DNA of 10,233 bases from Vulcanimicrobiales bacterium. GTDB lineage: Bacteria; Vulcanimicrobiota; Vulcanimicrobiia; Vulcanimicrobiales; Vulcanimicrobiaceae. The DNA is taken from NCBI GenBank assembly GCA_038231455.1, contig JBBRLI010000046.1, forward strand, positions 1-10,233, given 5' to 3'. Shown here piece after piece: positions 6,882 to 10,233 of this stretch. The notes beneath the pieces were generated by a model. It did not search any database. It was not told where the DNA came from and saw nothing but the letters and a program-made list of their open reading frames with translations. The translations under genes and the position numbers were made by a program. The first letter of the stretch is position 1. Each line of letters opens with the position of its first letter.

Positions 6882-9727
6882 ACGACCGTCATCGTGACGA
6901 TTGCAACGTCATCGCGCGCTCCGTCCGGAAGGACGGAGTCGGCGATGATGTGTGCATCTTGCGGCGTCCCGAGCGGTGCTTCGTGGCTGAGCGTTTCGAG
7001 CACGCGGGCGGTCCCCTCGATGATGTCGTGCGTCGATTCGACGAGACCATCGGTGTAGAGGACGATCGTATCGCCGACGTTGAGCCACGTCGTGCAGACT
7101 TCGCCGACCGAGAGATCGCGCACGCCAAGCGGCGGCATCGTTACCGCATCGAAGGTGCCGACGTTCTTCCCGGAGCGAAGGACGGGGAGCGGGTGACCGG
7201 CAGAGGCAAAACGCAAGCGCCGCGCTCGTGGATCGTAGATCGCTGCGATTGCCGTGGCCAGACCGTTTGCGTCGTGTAGGCGTAGCGTCGCATCGGCGGC
7301 ATCGAGCATCGTGATCGGATCGGGTTCGAGGACGGCACACGATTGCATCGCCTGCCGAAGTTTTGCCATCGTGACGGCAGCGTCGAGGCCCGAACCAAGG
7401 ACGTCGCCGATCGTGATACCCACACGTCCGTCGCCGAGCGTAAACACGTCATACCAATCACCGCCGATCATCGCTTCGCGTTTCGCCGGGCGGTAGATCG
7501 CGCTGAAGCGACAGTTCGGCACTTGCGGCAGGGTCGCCGGCATCGATGCCGTTTGGAGCACGGTTGCGATGTTGCTGATGCGCTCGTATTGTTGGGCGTT
7601 GCTAATGGCGATCGCCGCGCGCTCGCCGAGTTGCTGCGCGAGGGCTAAATCGTGCTCGTCATATGGGATTTCGGTCGTGACGCGGCAGAACGTCATCGCG
7701 CCCAGGCACTCGCCGTGTGCGATGAGCGGAACGACCAGCGCGCTCTTCAGCGCGAGTGCTCGAACGAACGCGTTGAGTTTCTCATCGTCGCCCGCTGTCG
7801 CGCGCAGGTCGTCTTCGGTGACGGAGGCTTGCAAGAGGGCTTCGCCGCTGGCCGCGACGCGCGCCATGGCACTGGTCTTTGGCAACAGACGCAAAAATTT
7901 CACCGAATCCACGTCGACGGTCGAATTCGAGCGCATCGCCGTTGCCTGCACGGCGATTTGTCCGTCGGGCTGCACGAGTCCGACGGACGATGTTTCGCCG
8001 ATTTCTTCGATCGCGAGTTCCGCGAGACGTTTGAGCGTCGCTGCCGTTTCGATCGAGCGGGCGAGTTCGGCCGAGAAACGGCCGTAAATGCGCGTCGCTC
8101 GTTCGGTTCGTTCCAGCGCTTCGTGCACGCGGGCGTTATCGATTGCGGTCGCCGCACGCTCGGCGACGCTGCGCGCCAGCACGAAGTCATCGCTATCGAA
8201 GGGACCCTCGCCCGGGCGGCGTGCAAAGCATATGCCGCCAATGATGCGTTTGCCCGTACTCAGCGGGACAACTAAGATGTAGCGCATCCCCATCTCGGCA
8301 AAATATTTCGCGGACACACCGCGATCGACGTGATCGATATCGAGTGTGGTGTCCATCAAGAGCGGAGCCTGCGATTCGACGACGCGCGTGATCGGGCTCT
8401 TCGCACGGGGCAACGGGATAAAGCCCGCGCGATTGTTTGTGAGCACAGCGCCATCTTGTGCAACCGCGTTGACCGCGACGACGCCGTCGGGTCGAATCAA
8501 GCCGACCGTACAACGCGACGCGAACTCTTCGGACGCCGTTGCGGTGAGTCCACGCAACGTCAGATCCAGCGCGAGCGATTCGCCGAGCAAGCCGGAGAGA
8601 CGCGCCAGAAAACGCAGCGAACGCTGGCTACGTTTTTGCGTTTCGATGTCTGTTGCGGTGGAAAGCCAGCCCGTTATCGCGGATGTGGAATCGCGGATGG
8701 GCATCGTATGCGCGAGCATCCAGCGGTACGAACCGTCGTGCGTTCGAATACGATGCTCGCGCTCGCCGGCTTCGCCACGCGCGAGCATCGCGTGCAGATG
8801 ACGCTGGCTTGCCTCGCGGTCGTCGGGATGGATAATGTCCGCGTAGCCCGTTGCAATCGCAGTACGCCGGTCGATCCCGGTCACTTCGGTAAAGCGACGA
8901 TTGAGGAAATCGAGTTTGCCGTCGGCAGAGTTGGTCCACACTAAGTGCGGCAAGGCATCGGCGAGTTCGCGGAAGCGCCGCTCGCTCTCCACCAGCGCCG
9001 TCTCCAAGCGATGGCGATCGTTGATGTCGATTGCGACGCCGTGCCAGCGTTTGATGGCACCGGTTTCATCGAACACGGCGCGCGCGCGAACGACGAGCCA
9101 GCGGTAGTTTGCGCCACGCGTTCGAAAGCGCAGTTCGATGTCGCACGCCTCGCCCGTCTCAATCGAGCGACGCCAAACCGTCATCGCGCGTCCGCGGTCA
9201 TCGGGATGGAGATTATCGAACCAACCGGTACCGCGCGCGCCTTCGCCGGGTAGGCCGGTGATCGTTGTCCACTCGGCGTTCATGTAATCGATCTCGCCCG
9301 CGGGACTGGCCGCCCAGACGATCGTGGGGAGAACGTCGAGGATGCGGTCGTGATCGAGTGAGGAGAGAAACTGTTCGTTGATGTCCACGAGCGTGCCGAG
9401 CCAATGCGTCAACTCGCCCGTTTCATCGAAAAATGGCTGCGCTGTGGCGCGGTGCCAGCGGTAGATGCCCTCACGCGAACGCAACCGGTACTCGCTGTGG
9501 TACGCAGCGCGCGATGCGACGCCTAAGCCGCGCCGCTCCTCGAGTTGCACCCGGTCGCTCGGGTGGACCGCGGCGAGCCAGCCATCTCCAAGGGCTTCCT
9601 CTTGGCTGCAGCCGGTGTAATTCGCAAACCACGCATTGACGTAGTCGCATGAACCGTCGGGGCGCGAGACATAGACCCCCAATGGAAGCGTCTCAGCGAT
9701 GGCCCGGTAATCGATCCCGGCATCCAC
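6878..9727 (-). CDS. Cytoplasmic PAS(x3)-GAF(x2)-PP2C SpoIIE/RsbU-family serine phosphatase
   Basis: Three PAS/PAC repeats (VHPSDR, LHPDDR, IHPDDR, each followed by YRW and ending DI), two GAF-like repeats (ending AERAATAIDNA and GERAAIAISNA), and SpoIIE motifs GGDWYD, IGDVLGSG, SAGHPLP, YTDGLVE, DDVAIV. No obvious transmembrane segment. GTG 9727 is the most upstream in-frame start (in-frame TGA at 9755-9757). Confidence 0.92.
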   Translation of the reverse strand: MDAGIDYRAIAETLPLGVYVSRPDGSCDYVNAWFANYTGCSQEEALGDGWLAAVHPSDRVQLEERRGLGVASRAAYHSEYRLRSREGIYRWHRATAQPFFDETGELTHWLGTLVDINEQFLSSLDHDRILDVLPTIVWAASPAGEIDYMNAEWTTITGLPGEGARGTGWFDNLHPDDRGRAMTVWRRSIETGEACDIELRFRTRGANYRWLVVRARAVFDETGAIKRWHGVAIDINDRHRLETALVESERRFRELADALPHLVWTNSADGKLDFLNRRFTEVTGIDRRTAIATGYADIIHPDDREASQRHLHAMLARGEAGEREHRIRTHDGSYRWMLAHTMPIRDSTSAITGWLSTATDIETQKRSQRSLRFLARLSGLLGESLALDLTLRGLTATASEEFASRCTVGLIRPDGVVAVNAVAQDGAVLTNNRAGFIPLPRAKSPITRVVESQAPLLMDTTLDIDHVDRGVSAKYFAEMGMRYILVVPLSTGKRIIGGICFARRPGEGPFDSDDFVLARSVAERAATAIDNARVHEALERTERATRIYGRFSAELARSIETAATLKRLAELAIEEIGETSSVGLVQPDGQIAVQATAMRSNSTVDVDSVKFLRLLPKTSAMARVAASGEALLQASVTEDDLRATAGDDEKLNAFVRALALKSALVVPLIAHGECLGAMTFCRVTTEIPYDEHDLALAQQLGERAAIAISNAQQYERISNIATVLQTASMPATLPQVPNCRFSAIYRPAKREAMIGGDWYDVFTLGDGRVGITIGDVLGSGLDAAVTMAKLRQAMQSCAVLEPDPITMLDAADATLRLHDANGLATAIAAIYDPRARRLRFASAGHPLPVLRSGKNVGTFDAVTMPPLGVRDLSVGEVCTTWLNVGDTIVLYTDGLVESTHDIIEGTARVLETLSHEAPLGTPQDAHIIADSVLPDGARDDVAIVTMTVV

Positions 9728-9832
9728 GTGGAAAATAAAAGAAGTCCTCTCACGTCAAAGGCTGACGAAAGTTGGTCTACCTACGGTATCGGCGTGACGA
9801 TTGGATAGTTGAGCAGGTTGACCGTCCGAAAC

Positions 9833-9862
9833 CAGGCTTGAAGCTCGCAAGCCTGCTTTTCT
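9833..9862 (+). terminator. Terminator-like hairpin with no obvious upstream + strand gene
   Basis: CAGGCTTG (9833-9840) pairs with CAAGCCTG (9848-9855), 7-nt loop, followed by CTTTTCT. Confidence 0.35.
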
Positions 9863-9959
9863 AACCAGGATTTCATCCTCGTCTCAGCGCGAATCGGTAG
9901 CGAGTAGCCAACGCCCGACGCCGTAAATGGCGTCTCGGGGTGGGCGAGCCGCGAGACGC

Positions 9960-9988
9960 TTGACGGGACTTGCGCCCTCTGATAAACT
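9960..9988 (+). promoter_or_regulatory. Sigma70/SigA-type promoter for rpoC
   Basis: -35 TTGACG (9960-9965), 17-bp spacer, extended -10 TGnTAAACT (TG 9980-9981, TAAACT 9983-9988). Predicted transcription start near 9995. Confidence 0.8.
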
Positions 9989-9994
9989 AGTCGC

Positions 9995-10233
<239 letters not shown>

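Noticed and set aside
8620-9727. Repeated sequence blocks in the phosphatase N-terminus as a DNA repeat array
   Set aside because: They are diverged tandem PAS domains at the protein level, not nucleotide repeats or CRISPR.
80-9753. Many overlapping alternative-frame and antisense ORFs of 60-216 aa in the ORF track
   Set aside because: They overlap well-supported genes, carry no recognisable motifs, and are expected in GC-rich DNA with few stop codons.
9732-9758. Minus-strand TTGACG...TATTTT as a leaderless promoter for the phosphatase, overlapping a CGTCA-N5-TGACG dyad at 9753-9767
   Set aside because: The spacer is only 15 bp and the -10 is 4 nt from the GTG; plausible but too far from consensus geometry to call.
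9762-9832. CTGACGA...GAAAC resembling a hammerhead ribozyme core
   Set aside because: I could not form the required stem II between the motifs.

Overview
A GC-rich bacterial chromosomal window with no mobile elements, CRISPR arrays or RNA genes that I can recognise. Gene order: 5'-truncated HD-GYP phosphodiesterase (+), intrinsic terminator, exported M1 aminopeptidase (+), alpha/beta hydrolase (+), exported M61 aminopeptidase with PDZ domain (-), AlkB-family 2OG-Fe(II) dioxygenase (+), PAS3-GAF2-PP2C (SpoIIE/RsbU-like) phosphatase (-), and the first 42 codons of rpoC (+). The RpoC N-terminus and a Gram-positive-type SOS box suggest a Terrabacteria lineage (inference). The protein families are all known, and the unusual signals are regulatory or organisational. 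(1) rpoC is not preceded by rpoB and has its own near-consensus sigma70 promoter. (2) Its ~110-nt leader folds into a long hairpin whose 5' arm can alternatively pair with the rpoC Shine-Dalgarno sequence. (3) The hydrolase's conserved N-terminus has no canonical start codon and begins at a GTAA overlap with the aminopeptidase stop. (4) A LexA-like box sits on the AlkB-family start codon. All structures, counts and family calls were made by eye, with no database search or folding software.
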